This document shows, piece after piece, positions 28,112-37,187 of a stretch of 64,000 bases of DNA. The notes below the pieces were generated by a model. That model worked only from the letters and a program-made list of their open reading frames with translations, was not told the DNA's origin and did not search any database. The stretch spans positions 96,001 through 160,000 of the forward strand of contig CAVVCZ010000001.1 of NCBI GenBank assembly GCA_963746845.1, given 5' to 3'. The stretch's first letter is position 1; each line of letters begins with the position of its first letter. Position numbers and translations under genes: made by a program. This stretch comes from an uncultured Chloroflexia bacterium (GTDB taxonomy: Bacteria; Chloroflexota; Limnocylindria; Limnocylindrales; CSP1-4).

Positions 28112-29125
28112 ATGCCAGTCATGACGCTCGTCGTCGCGGGCGTCGCAGCGGCCGCGATCTTCCTGATCGCGATCGGCATCGCGACGTCCGGCAGCGGCTC
28201 CGGGGTGAGCGCACGCCTCGAGCGGTATGCGTCGGCTCGCCAGAGCGGCAAGCCCGAGGCGTCCGGCCAGGGCGGTCTCGCCGACCTGCTCGCGCAGTCC
28301 GTCGCTCTCGCCCAGCTGAACCGGGTCGTCGAACAGCGCGACTTCGGGGCGAACCTCGCCCGCGACATCGCCCGGGCCGACCTGAAGCTCAAGCCGTCCG
28401 AGTTCCTGGCGATCTGGGGTGCCGCGATCGTCGGCATCCCGATCCTGTTCGTCCTCGTGTCGGTCGCCCTGCCGGCGCTCCGCAGCCCGATCGCGCTGCT
28501 CGTCGGGGCGTTCCTCGGGTTCTGGCTGCCGCGCTTCTGGCTCGGTCGCCGCAAGGCCGGCCGGCTGAACGCGTTCAACAAGCAGCTGCCCGACACGATC
28601 ACCCTCCTCGCGAACGGCCTCCGCGCCGGCTCGTCGTTCCTCCAGGCCGTCGAGCTCGTCGTCCGCGAGTCGCGGCCGCCGATGTCGACCGAGTTCAGCC
28701 GCGTCATCCGCGAGGTCAACCTCGGCCTGCCGTTCGAGCAGGCGATGGAGAACATGGTCCGCCGCGTCCGGTCCGACGACCTGGAGCTGATGGCGACCGC
28801 GATCAACATCCAGCACACCGTCGGCGGCAACCTCGCCGAGATCCTCGACTCGATCGCGTTCACGATCCGCGAGCGGATCCGGATCAAGGGCGAGATCCGC
28901 ACCCTCACCGCCCAGCAGCGACTGTCGGGCTACGTCGTCGGCTTCCTGCCGATCGGCCTCGCCGGGTTCCTGTTCATCGCGGCACCGCACTTCATGGACC
29001 CGATGTTCCAGAAGCCGCCGGAGGCCCTCGGGCTGCCGCTCGGCATGGTCATCCTGTTCTTCGGCGGTTTCATGATGTTCATCGGCTTCATGCTGATCCG
29101 CCGCATCGTCGACATCGAGGTCTAG
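28112..29125 (+). CDS. tadB: Tad pilus platform protein TadB (T2SSF family)
   Basis: QLPD..LLANGLRAG, GGNLAEILD..IRER. Confidence 0.92.
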   Translation: MPVMTLVVAGVAAAAIFLIAIGIATSGSGSGVSARLERYASARQSGKPEASGQGGLADLLAQSVALAQLNRVVEQRDFGANLARDIARADLKLKPSEFLAIWGAAIVGIPILFVLVSVALPALRSPIALLVGAFLGFWLPRFWLGRRKAGRLNAFNKQLPDTITLLANGLRAGSSFLQAVELVVRESRPPMSTEFSRVIREVNLGLPFEQAMENMVRRVRSDDLELMATAINIQHTVGGNLAEILDSIAFTIRERIRIKGEIRTLTAQQRLSGYVVGFLPIGLAGFLFIAAPHFMDPMFQKPPEALGLPLGMVILFFGGFMMFIGFMLIRRIVDIEV

Positions 29126-29128
29126 CCG

Positions 29129-30076
29129 ATGCCAGCCTTCATCCCGATCCTCATCGCCGCCGCTGCCGCGGGGGCCATCCTGCTGATCGCCCTCGGGCTT
29201 GCCGGCGGCTCGCCCGTCGATCCGGTCCAGGCCCGCCTGACCCAGCTCGGCACGATGCAGGCGAAGAACCTCGAGGAGCTGGAGCTGCAGGCTCCGTTCC
29301 TCGAGCGCACCCTGCGTCCGATCGCGGCCCAGCTGTCGGGCCGGCTGTCGCGGGTCGCGAGCAGCTCGTTCCAGGAGCGGACCGAGAAGCGGCTCGCCCT
29401 GGCCGGCAACCCGGGCAACCTCCGGGTCGCCGACTGGCTCGGCATCAAGGCCGTCTCGGCGGTCGTCGGTGCGGTCCTGTTCCTGCTCCTGTTCGGCGTC
29501 GTCGGTCTCCTCGGGCTGCCGCCCGTCCTGCGCCTCCTCATGGGCGCGATCGGGCTGATGTTCGGGTACACGATCCCGGAGTTCTGGCTTGGCGGGCGCG
29601 TCAAGAAGCGCCAGCACCTGATCCTGCTCCAGATCCCGGACACGCTCGACCTGCTGACGATCTCGGTCCGCGCCGGTCTCGGCTTCGACGCCGCGCTCGG
29701 CAAGGTCGTCGAGAAGATGGAAGGCCCGCTCGTCGACGAGTTCCGTCGGGCGCTGGCCGAGGTCCGGGTCGGCAAGGCGCGCCGCGAGGCGCTCCGCGAC
29801 ATCGTCCCCCGGACCGAGGTCCCGCCGCTGACGAACTTCATCGGCGCGATCATCCAGGCCGAGCAGCTGGGTGTCTCGATCAGCAAGGTGCTCCAGGTCC
29901 AGTCGGAGCAGCTCCGGATCGAGCGCCGCCAGCGCGCAGAGGAGCAGGCGGCGAAGGCGCCGATCAAGATGCTGTTCCCGCTCGTCGGGTGCATCTTCCC
30001 GTCGCTGTTCATCGTCATCCTCGGCCCGGCGATCATCCTGATCATGCAGAACCTGACGGCGACCCCGGGCACGTGA
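29129..30076 (+). CDS. tadC: Tad pilus platform protein TadC
   Basis: PDTLDLLTISVRAGLGFDAAL, QAEQLG, AEEQAAKAPIKMLFPL. Confidence 0.92.
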   Translation: MPAFIPILIAAAAAGAILLIALGLAGGSPVDPVQARLTQLGTMQAKNLEELELQAPFLERTLRPIAAQLSGRLSRVASSSFQERTEKRLALAGNPGNLRVADWLGIKAVSAVVGAVLFLLLFGVVGLLGLPPVLRLLMGAIGLMFGYTIPEFWLGGRVKKRQHLILLQIPDTLDLLTISVRAGLGFDAALGKVVEKMEGPLVDEFRRALAEVRVGKARREALRDIVPRTEVPPLTNFIGAIIQAEQLGVSISKVLQVQSEQLRIERRQRAEEQAAKAPIKMLFPLVGCIFPSLFIVILGPAIILIMQNLTATPGT

Positions 30077-30519
30077 TCGAGCCCGGCACCGCGCCGGAAC
30101 CCACGCACGCCGCCGAACCGGACCCGGACGCACCGCGCGTCGACGGGTCCGGCGGCCTGGCCGTCCGGAACGTCAGCCGCGGGACCGTTCTCGCGGCCGA
30201 CGTCGAGACGGCCGCGGGGCTCTGGGGCAAGTTCATGGGCCTGATGGGCCGGCCGTCGCTGCCGGCCGGGGCCGCCCTGTGGCTGCCGGACAGCAACGGC
30301 ATCCACATGATGTTCATGCGGTTCGCGATCGACGCGATCTTCGTCGGCCGGCCGGACGGCGTCGATGGCTCGCGCACGGTGGTGTCCGTCCACGAGCACT
30401 TGCCCGCGTGGCGCGGGTTGGTCCCGCTCGTCCGAGCGGCCCACGGCGTGCTGGAGCTGCCCGCCGGCACGATCGCCGCGACGGGCACGACGGTCGGAGA
30501 CCGCCTGCTCCTGAGCTGA
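30073..30519 (+). CDS. DUF192 domain protein
   Basis: GLMGR, IHMMFMRFAIDAIF, VLELPAG; GTG start overlaps the tadC stop. Confidence 0.85.
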   Translation: MIEPGTAPEPTHAAEPDPDAPRVDGSGGLAVRNVSRGTVLAADVETAAGLWGKFMGLMGRPSLPAGAALWLPDSNGIHMMFMRFAIDAIFVGRPDGVDGSRTVVSVHEHLPAWRGLVPLVRAAHGVLELPAGTIAATGTTVGDRLLLS

Positions 30520-30607
30520 GGCGGCCCTCGCCCGCGCCGCGCCGGGCCCCGCCCCGGTCGCGCCGCGCGCTCCGCCCGCGCGCCCCGGTCGCCCGCCAAC
30601 TTCTCAG

Positions 30608-30750
30608 GCGTGGCTCACGCCCACGCGAGCACAGGAAACCCTGCGATGCGTGGTCGTGGCCCTCGCATGACAAGGCCCGGAAGGCAGCTCACGCTCGATC
30701 GGCGCGCCGAGGGCGCCTGACCTGCGTTCTCGCGTGGGACACAGCCACAG
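30608..30750. repeat. Three further 19-bp GCGTG-N4-TG-N3-CACGC-like repeats in alternating orientation
   Basis: 30608-30626 (-), 30648-30666 (+), 30732-30750 (-, inside the 3' end of the HTH-nuclease gene). Confidence 0.5.
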
Positions 30751-31408
30751 GCGTGACGAACCACAGCCCGGCGAAGTCACTCGTCGGCGACCGGAGCCAG
30801 CCACGGGTCGCCACGGAGTCCACGGGAAAGGTCGCGTCGAAGACGGCGCGATGGCGCCGGACGACCGACCGATTGGCAGCCGTCCCGGTCACCACGAGGA
30901 TCCGGCCGAGTCGCGCTCGGTCCCAACCCCGCTCTCGCGCGACGCTCGACGGCACCACGCGGACCTTCCGCGACATCGACATCAGCATCGACTGGAGGTC
31001 CGTCAGCGCGGTCTTCGCCTCGACAATGAGCAGGGCACGAAACTCGGGCTGCCACGCAAGCACGTCCACCGAACCGCGATCTCCGTACTCATTGAACGTG
31101 AACTCGGGCTCGACGAACCAGCCTGCATTCTTGAGCTCGCGGGTCACCCGCTCGACGATCGAGGCGTGTCCGCGATCGAGCAACCGGTCGACCGCGCCGC
31201 CGCGCCAACGCGCCTCCACGACAAGCTCGACCCCGAGTCTCGCACTGAGCCGGCGCGCGGTTCGTAGCGATACCGCCTCCAGCCGGCCGGCTTCGAGATC
31301 CGTCATGACGGATCGATCGACGTCGATCGGACCGGCCACGTCCTGCTGGCGGAGTCCGCGATCGATGCGCACGGCGCGAACGATCCGGCCGACACGGGCG
31401 TCGTTCAT
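30689..31408 (-). CDS. XRE-type HTH fused to PD-(D/E)XK nuclease-like domain
   Basis: VRIDRGLRQQDVA..IDVDRS...LEAG HTH; EFTF...GSVDVLAW...LIVEAKT as D...ExK core. Confidence 0.75.
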   Translation of the reverse strand: MNDARVGRIVRAVRIDRGLRQQDVAGPIDVDRSVMTDLEAGRLEAVSLRTARRLSARLGVELVVEARWRGGAVDRLLDRGHASIVERVTRELKNAGWFVEPEFTFNEYGDRGSVDVLAWQPEFRALLIVEAKTALTDLQSMLMSMSRKVRVVPSSVARERGWDRARLGRILVVTGTAANRSVVRRHRAVFDATFPVDSVATRGWLRSPTSDFAGLWFVTPVAVSHARTQVRRPRRADRA

Positions 31409-31468
31409 CCGGGCATCGTCGCCGGTGGCGCTTCACCACCGCTTCGCCGCCGGTGCACGGCGAATTGC

Positions 31469-32209
31469 GTGAGCGCGGGTGAAGCCGTAGCGAACCGGGC
31501 GATACGACGGACGCGCGATGCTCGGGCGATGGCGACCCGGATGGTGACGCGCGCACTCGATGTCGCCTTCCCCGCCCGGTGTCCCGGGTGCGGCCGCGAG
31601 GGCGCGCCGATCTGCCGCGACTGTCTTCCCGCGCTCGACGCGCGGCTCGATCGGCCGGCCGGCGTCTCGATCGGGTTGCCGTCCGATGTCCCGGCGCCGC
31701 TCCTCCAGCTGGAGTGGTGCGCGCCGTTCGGTGGCCTGGTGCGGCGCGCCCTCCACGAGCTGAAATACGGCGGCGAGACCCGCCTGGCGGAGCCGCTCGG
31801 CGAGGCCGTCGCCCGGCGCTGGGCGCGTGCGGGCGCCGGCGGCGACCTGCTCGTGCCGGTGCCGGTCCACGCGGAGCGGCGGCGTCACCGGGGATACGAC
31901 CAGGCGGAGCTGATCGGGGCCGCCGCGGCTCGCGCCCTTCGCCTCCCGATGGCGCCCATCCTCCGGCGCGCGCGCGCCACGACCGCCCAGTTCGACCTCG
32001 ACCGACGATCTCGGGCCACCAACGTCGCCGGCGCGTTCGAGCTGGCGCCGGGCGGCGGCGTCCGCGGATCGCGCCCGCTCGACGGTCGCTGGATCGTGCT
32101 CGTCGACGACGTGGTCACGACCGGCGCGACCCTGTCGGCGTGCGCGACACCCCTCCTCGACGCGGGCGCCGTCGGGGTGTCGGCGGTGACGGTCGCGCGG
32201 GAACGCTGA
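31469..32209 (+). CDS. comF: ComF family protein (zinc ribbon + PRTase)
   Basis: CPGC...CRDC, LKYGG, VPVP..RGYDQA, LVDDVVTTGAT. Start may be 31529 or 31541. Confidence 0.9.
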   Translation: MSAGEAVANRAIRRTRDARAMATRMVTRALDVAFPARCPGCGREGAPICRDCLPALDARLDRPAGVSIGLPSDVPAPLLQLEWCAPFGGLVRRALHELKYGGETRLAEPLGEAVARRWARAGAGGDLLVPVPVHAERRRHRGYDQAELIGAAAARALRLPMAPILRRARATTAQFDLDRRSRATNVAGAFELAPGGGVRGSRPLDGRWIVLVDDVVTTGATLSACATPLLDAGAVGVSAVTVARER

Positions 32210-32389
32210 CGACGAGAGGACGACGAGAGGACGACGACGACCACACCGAACCAAAGACGGGTGCCCGCCCCGGCGCTCCGGCGGGGACCCGGGTGTAGAC
32301 TCAAATCTCGACGGGGCCGCCCGTCGATTGCCCCTCGGGCTGCCCGATGTCCGCGCGAACGAGGCCGTCAGGCCTCTCGGGAGGAGACC

Positions 32390-32995
32390 GTGAGGACGAT
32401 CGTCAAGGGCAAGAACATCGACGTCCCCGACAACGTCCGGGCGTACGCCGAGCGGAAGCTGTCTCGTCTCGAACGGATCCTCGACGATCGCAGCGACGCG
32501 CTCGTGGAGCTCTCCGTCGAGCAGCATCGGAGCCTCGCCGACTCCCACATCGTCGAGGTGACGCTCGTCATCGACGGCCGGACCCTGCGCACTCACGCCG
32601 CCGCCGCGACCCATCGCGCGGGCGTGGACGAGGTCGTCGACAAGCTGGAGCGACGCGCGGTCGATCATCGCGAGAAGCCGCGGATCCGCGCTCGTCCCTC
32701 CCAGGAGAAGGAGATCCTCCGGCGGATCGCCGACGGCACGGCCGAGCCCGCCCGCGAGCGTCGCATCGTCAAGACGAAGCGCTTCGCCATCGAGCCGATG
32801 TTCGAGGAGGACGCGCTCGCGCGAATGGACGAGCTCGGCCACCGATTCTTCGTCTACGTCGACGCCGAGAGCGAGCGGGTGGCGATCCTGTACCTGCGCG
32901 ACGACGGCGACGTCGGCCTGATCGAGCCGCTCGTCGCCGGCGAGTACACGAAGGGCCGGAGCCGCCAGCCGAGCCGCACGAACGGCCGGCACTGA
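32390..32995 (+). CDS. hpf: Ribosome hibernation promoting factor, long HPF/RaiA
   Basis: GTG after GGAGGAG; VRTIVKGKNIDV..YAERKL, C-terminal KTKRFAIEPM..ELGHRFFVY..YLRDDG. Confidence 0.92.
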   Translation: MRTIVKGKNIDVPDNVRAYAERKLSRLERILDDRSDALVELSVEQHRSLADSHIVEVTLVIDGRTLRTHAAAATHRAGVDEVVDKLERRAVDHREKPRIRARPSQEKEILRRIADGTAEPARERRIVKTKRFAIEPMFEEDALARMDELGHRFFVYVDAESERVAILYLRDDGDVGLIEPLVAGEYTKGRSRQPSRTNGRH

Positions 32996-32998
32996 CCC

Positions 32999-33313
32999 TC
33001 AGGCGTCGGCAACCGACTCCGTCATCGGGCGGGCCCGCCGGTAGATGCCGGCCTCACGCGTCATCAGCTTCCCGTCGACGAGGTAGCGCCGCAGCGCGGC
33101 CACGTCCGGGTGGAGCAGCGCCAGCCGCATGTTGACCTCCTTCTCCTCGTACGGCCGATCCTCGGGGAAGCACTGGTCGAGGATCACCGGCAGGAGGAGG
33201 TCGCGCTTGCTCGGTTTGGCAGGGATCGACACGAGTCGCCCGTCCCGCAGGAAGGCCCGGACGACCTTCTCCTGGTCCGTGAGGCGGCGCGTCGGGGCAT
33301 CGGAACCGGACAT
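32999..33313 (-). CDS. DUF2087 domain protein
   Basis: GRLVSIPAKPSKR, YEEKEVN, DVAALRRYLVD..REAGIY. Confidence 0.85.
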   Translation of the reverse strand: MSGSDAPTRRLTDQEKVVRAFLRDGRLVSIPAKPSKRDLLLPVILDQCFPEDRPYEEKEVNMRLALLHPDVAALRRYLVDGKLMTREAGIYRRARPMTESVADA

Positions 33314-33345
33314 GGGGCGACCGTAGCAGAAGCTCGCCCGGTACG

Positions 33346-34374
33346 ATGGCGACCATGCTTCCCGACGGCCGGCGCATCGGCGCCCACCTCGCGCTCGGCG
33401 ACGGGATGGTCAAGGCGGCCGAGCGGGCGTCCGCGATCGGGGCGGATGCGCTCCAGGTGTTCAGCGACAACCCGACGGCGTGGGGACGTCGGGAGGAGCC
33501 TTCGCCCGAGATCGATGCCTTCCGGCTGGCCCTTTCCACGAACGACATCGCGCCACTCGCGATCCATGCCTCGTATCTGATCAACCTCGCGGGGACCGAC
33601 GACGAGCTTCGTGGGCGCTCGATCGAGCTGCTGGCCGCCGAGCTCGAAGCCGCGGGTCGGTTCGCCGCGAGGTTCGTGAACGTCCACACCGGGTCTCACC
33701 GAGGCGGTGGTCCCGACGCCGGCATCGAGCGACTGACGGACGGGATCGCGGCCGCGCTCGCCGGCGAACCCGCCACGGCGACGCATCCGAGACCCGTGAT
33801 CACGCTCGAGAATTCGTCCGGGGGTGGCTGGGGGCTCGGCGTCGACCTCGATCAGTGGGTCGCGATCGCGGCCGGGATCGAGCGCGCGGGGATCGATCGT
33901 TCCCGCGTCGCCTTCTGCCTCGACACCGCCCACCTGTGGGGCGCCGGCATCGACGTGTCCGATCCCGCGGCGATCGACGCGCTCCTCGGCGCGTTCGACG
34001 AGGCGATCGGCCTGGAGCGATTGCCGCTGATCCATCTGAACGACGCGAAGACCGAGCTCGGATCGCGGATGGACCGTCACGAGCACCTGGGCGCTGGTCG
34101 GATCGGACCGGTCGGGCTGGCCCATCTCCTGCGGCACCCGGCGCTCGCGGGCGTCACGTATGTGCTCGAGACACCCGGGATGGAAGAAGGCTACGACGCG
34201 ATCAACATCGCCCGAGCCGTCGCCCTCGCCCGGGGCGAGCCGCTCGCGCCGCTGCCGCCGGGCGCGCTGTCGCTCGGTGGGAGCCGGTCGCGGGCCGCCG
34301 GACCACCCGACGCGCGAGCGCCGGTCAGCGCGGCAGCCGCGGCGGCCGCCTCGTCGGCCACCCGGCGACCGTGA
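33346..34374 (+). CDS. nfo: Endonuclease IV (AP endonuclease family 2)
   Basis: IGAH, QVFS.NP, HASYLINLA, HTGS, LEN, CLDTAH, HLND, DRHEHLG, LETP. Confidence 0.92.
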   Translation: MATMLPDGRRIGAHLALGDGMVKAAERASAIGADALQVFSDNPTAWGRREEPSPEIDAFRLALSTNDIAPLAIHASYLINLAGTDDELRGRSIELLAAELEAAGRFAARFVNVHTGSHRGGGPDAGIERLTDGIAAALAGEPATATHPRPVITLENSSGGGWGLGVDLDQWVAIAAGIERAGIDRSRVAFCLDTAHLWGAGIDVSDPAAIDALLGAFDEAIGLERLPLIHLNDAKTELGSRMDRHEHLGAGRIGPVGLAHLLRHPALAGVTYVLETPGMEEGYDAINIARAVALARGEPLAPLPPGALSLGGSRSRAAGPPDARAPVSAAAAAAASSATRRP

Positions 34375-36038
34375 CCGGCGCCCTCGCGGCCGCCCGATCG
34401 CGCGTCTCGACGACGACCCTCGAGTGGGTCGGCTTCGTCGCCATCCTCGCGATCGCCGCGGTCCTCCGGCTCGTGAACCTCACCACGCGCGGGACCTGGG
34501 ACGCCGACCAGGGGCACGACATGCTCGTCCTGCGCGATCTCGTCCAGCACGGGCAGATCCCGCTCCTGGGCCCACCGACCTCGATCGGCGACTTCCATCA
34601 CGGCGTCCTGTACTACTTCCTGCTCGCCCCGGCCGCGGCCCTGTCCGGCGTCGACCCGATCGGCGTGACGGCATGGATCGCCATCGCCGGGATCGTCGCG
34701 GTCGCGGTGACGTTCTGGCTCGGCCGCGCGATCGGCGGACCGGTCGCCGGGTTCGTCGCGGGCCTGCTGATGGCCGTCTCGGCGAGCGCGGTCGACGAGT
34801 CGACGTTCATCTGGAACCCGAACCTGATCGCGCTCTCGAGCGCGATCGCCCTCGCGGCGAGCTGGCACGCCTGGTCGGCGTGGCGGCCGAAGTGGTGGAT
34901 CGCCGCCGGCGCCGCCGCGGTCGTGACGATGCATCTCCACGTCCTGGGGATCCTGCTGACACCGGTCGTCGGAGGGCTCCTCGTCGCCGACATCGTCCGG
35001 CGCCAGCGCGATCGGGACACCGCGGGCGTGGGCGCGGTCGTCGCGTCCGTCGGCTGGTGGATCGTCCTCGCGCTCCTCAGCTACGTCCCGCTCGCGATCC
35101 ACGAGGCCGCCAACAACGCGTCGGAGCTGCGCGCCGCGATCGCGTTCCTCTCCGGCGGCGGCGAGCCGGCGTCGGTCTCGCTCCCGGCCCGGCTGCCGAT
35201 CGTGGCGCTCCGTGTGCTCGGCTGGCCGCTGACAGGGCTGATCACGGACGCCCCGCTCGCCTCGATCCTCAGCGCGACGGTCGTCGTCGTCCTGACGGTC
35301 TGGCGGGGCTGGTTCTCGCACCCGGGCTCGGTCGCCTCGGCCGAGGCCGAGCAGGTCGCGCTGGCGGAGCGGACCGGCGTCCGCTGGCTGGGACTCGGGC
35401 TGCTGTGGACCGTGATCGGACTGACCGTCGGGGCATCGAGCCTCGCGACCGTCGTGGTCGGTCTCCCGAACGACCACTACCACGCCTTCGCCGACCCGAT
35501 GGTGTTCGTCCTCGTCGGTGTCGGGGTCGCGGCGCTCATCCGGATCGGAACGAGAGCTCGTGGTCGCTGGGCCGGACTGGTCCGGGCCGTCGGTTCGCTG
35601 CTCGCAGCCGGGATGGTCGTGACGCTGGTCGGCTGGAACGTGATCGATCAGCCACCCGCGGTCGCGCCCGACGGTGGCTGGCCGGCGGCCGACGCGGCGG
35701 CGGCCCGGATCCTGGTCGCCACCGGCGGCGGACCCGTGACGCTGGACAGCCTGCCCGCGGTGAAGTCGGCCGACGCGGTCCGCTTCCCGCTCGAACGGCT
35801 GGTCCCCGGGATCGTCGTCGACCCGGGGGCCGGGGCCGGGGCCGGAGTCGGCGGACCGGCCCGGGTCGTCCTGTGCGATCAGCTGTTCCACGAGTCGATC
35901 GGGGCCGACTGCGGCGGCCCCGCAGAGGACGCCTGGATCGCGGCCAGGCTCGGGTCGGGCGGCCCGGAGCCCACGGTCGTCGATCGGTTCGAGGCCGCCC
36001 CGGGCCGCTGGGTGACGGTCTACCGCGCCGGCACCTGA
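34371..36038 (+). CDS. GT39/ArnT-like glycosyltransferase
   Basis: GTG 34371 overlaps the nfo stop; LRLVNL..WDADQGHD, LLGPPTS, GVLYYFLLAP, FIWNPN. Confidence 0.78.
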   Translation: MTGALAAARSRVSTTTLEWVGFVAILAIAAVLRLVNLTTRGTWDADQGHDMLVLRDLVQHGQIPLLGPPTSIGDFHHGVLYYFLLAPAAALSGVDPIGVTAWIAIAGIVAVAVTFWLGRAIGGPVAGFVAGLLMAVSASAVDESTFIWNPNLIALSSAIALAASWHAWSAWRPKWWIAAGAAAVVTMHLHVLGILLTPVVGGLLVADIVRRQRDRDTAGVGAVVASVGWWIVLALLSYVPLAIHEAANNASELRAAIAFLSGGGEPASVSLPARLPIVALRVLGWPLTGLITDAPLASILSATVVVVLTVWRGWFSHPGSVASAEAEQVALAERTGVRWLGLGLLWTVIGLTVGASSLATVVVGLPNDHYHAFADPMVFVLVGVGVAALIRIGTRARGRWAGLVRAVGSLLAAGMVVTLVGWNVIDQPPAVAPDGGWPAADAAAARILVATGGGPVTLDSLPAVKSADAVRFPLERLVPGIVVDPGAGAGAGVGGPARVVLCDQLFHESIGADCGGPAEDAWIAARLGSGGPEPTVVDRFEAAPGRWVTVYRAGT

Positions 36039-36230
36039 GCGTCGTCCAGCCGCGACAGCCGTTCACCACAGGCACGTGAACGTGACTGCGTTCGTCGCGG
36101 ATGGGCGAGGCTGGCAAGGCGCCGGGGAGCAGCGGAGCGAGCGCACTTCAGGGTGCGTGAGCGAGCAGCGCAGCCGGCAACGCAGTCCAGCGTCGTCCAG
36201 CCGCGGCAGCCGTTCACCGCAGGCAAGTGA
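36039..36230. repeat. Imperfect ~41-bp direct repeat bracketing a hairpin-forming element
   Basis: GCGTCGTCCAGCCGCGACAGCCGTTCACCACAGGCACGTGA (36039-36079) vs GCGTCGTCCAGCCGCGGCAGCCGTTCACCGCAGGCAAGTGA (36190-36230). Confidence 0.7.
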
Positions 36231-36232
36231 CA

Positions 36233-36266
36233 AGCGAATGCCGGCGCCCCAGACGCCGGCATTCGC
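36233..36266. terminator. Hairpin between convergent genes
   Basis: AGCGAATGCCGGCG-CCCCAGA-CGCCGGCATTCGCT. Confidence 0.6.
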
Positions 36267-36360
36267 TGTCCCCGAGACCCGGACGTGGAGGGCATCCGGG
36301 TCGTGCCCTGGAAAAAGCGGTGGTGACCCGACGGTTGCCGGGCGGGAGCCTCCCGGGCGG

Positions 36361-36888
36361 CTAGGGTCGACCGGGTCGACCGAGGGGTCGACCGACCGGG
36401 CGACTGGAGCCCATCCGGCTCGTCGGCACCGGCCCGACACCTGCAACCACCGGGCCGGAGCCCATCGTCGCGGAGCGCGCGATCGGGCGCTCCGGCGGAC
36501 GGTTGGACGACGGCTCGGATGGCTGGAAGGTGCGGCCGAACCGGCGCATCCGGACGGCGAGGTAGTACTCCATGATCTGGCGGACCTGCGGCTCGCTCAG
36601 GAGCTCGTCCGCGCGGAGGGCGTACTCGACCCGGGCCGTCGGGTTCGTCGCCCCGGAGGCAACCAGGCCGAGGTACTGCGGGGTGTCGGCATCGTCACGA
36701 AGCTCACGGAGGCCACGGGCGAGCTTGGTCGCCGTGCCGAGGGACGGCATCCGGTCGCCCCGGATCAGCCGGGAGATCGTCGAGTGATCGACGCCGGACT
36801 GCTGGGCAAGCTGGCGCTGCGACATCTTCTTGGCCTTGAGCTGGGCTCGCAGCCACTCGTTGAACGCGCGACCGTTCTGGGTGGTCAT
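36361..36888 (-). CDS. XRE-family HTH transcriptional regulator
   Basis: MSQRQLAQQSGVDHSTISRLIRGDRMPSLGT. Confidence 0.88.
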   Translation of the reverse strand: MTTQNGRAFNEWLRAQLKAKKMSQRQLAQQSGVDHSTISRLIRGDRMPSLGTATKLARGLRELRDDADTPQYLGLVASGATNPTARVEYALRADELLSEPQVRQIMEYYLAVRMRRFGRTFQPSEPSSNRPPERPIARSATMGSGPVVAGVGPVPTSRMGSSRPVGRPLGRPGRP

Positions 36889-37187
36889 GACGTCGTTGGG
36901 CGCTCCGTCTTTCGAGCATGCGGCTGGTGACGCGATGTCGACATGATCACGAACGGCCCCGGATACCCTGTATCACCCGTTCGTACCGCCGCGGGCCACG
37001 CGGCGTCGGCGACGGCCGCCCCGGTGTGGTGGAGTTGGCACGGGTCCGGGCCGGAGCAGGCATGGGACCCCCGTCCCACGTCGGGATTTGCCCGAGAGGC
37101 CCTGGTCGGTTCCCGGCCCCCGATCGTCCTCTCCATCATGCAGCGCGGTGGGAAGCCCTTCGAGCGCCGGCGGGCGCCCGGAACGGA

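Noticed and set aside
32208-32241. GACGACGAGAG tandem duplication after comF
   Set aside because: Only two full units; simple slippage.
36364-36396. GGGTCGACC tandem repeats at the XRE gene 3' end
   Set aside because: Encodes a low-complexity GRP tail; too short to support a separate element.
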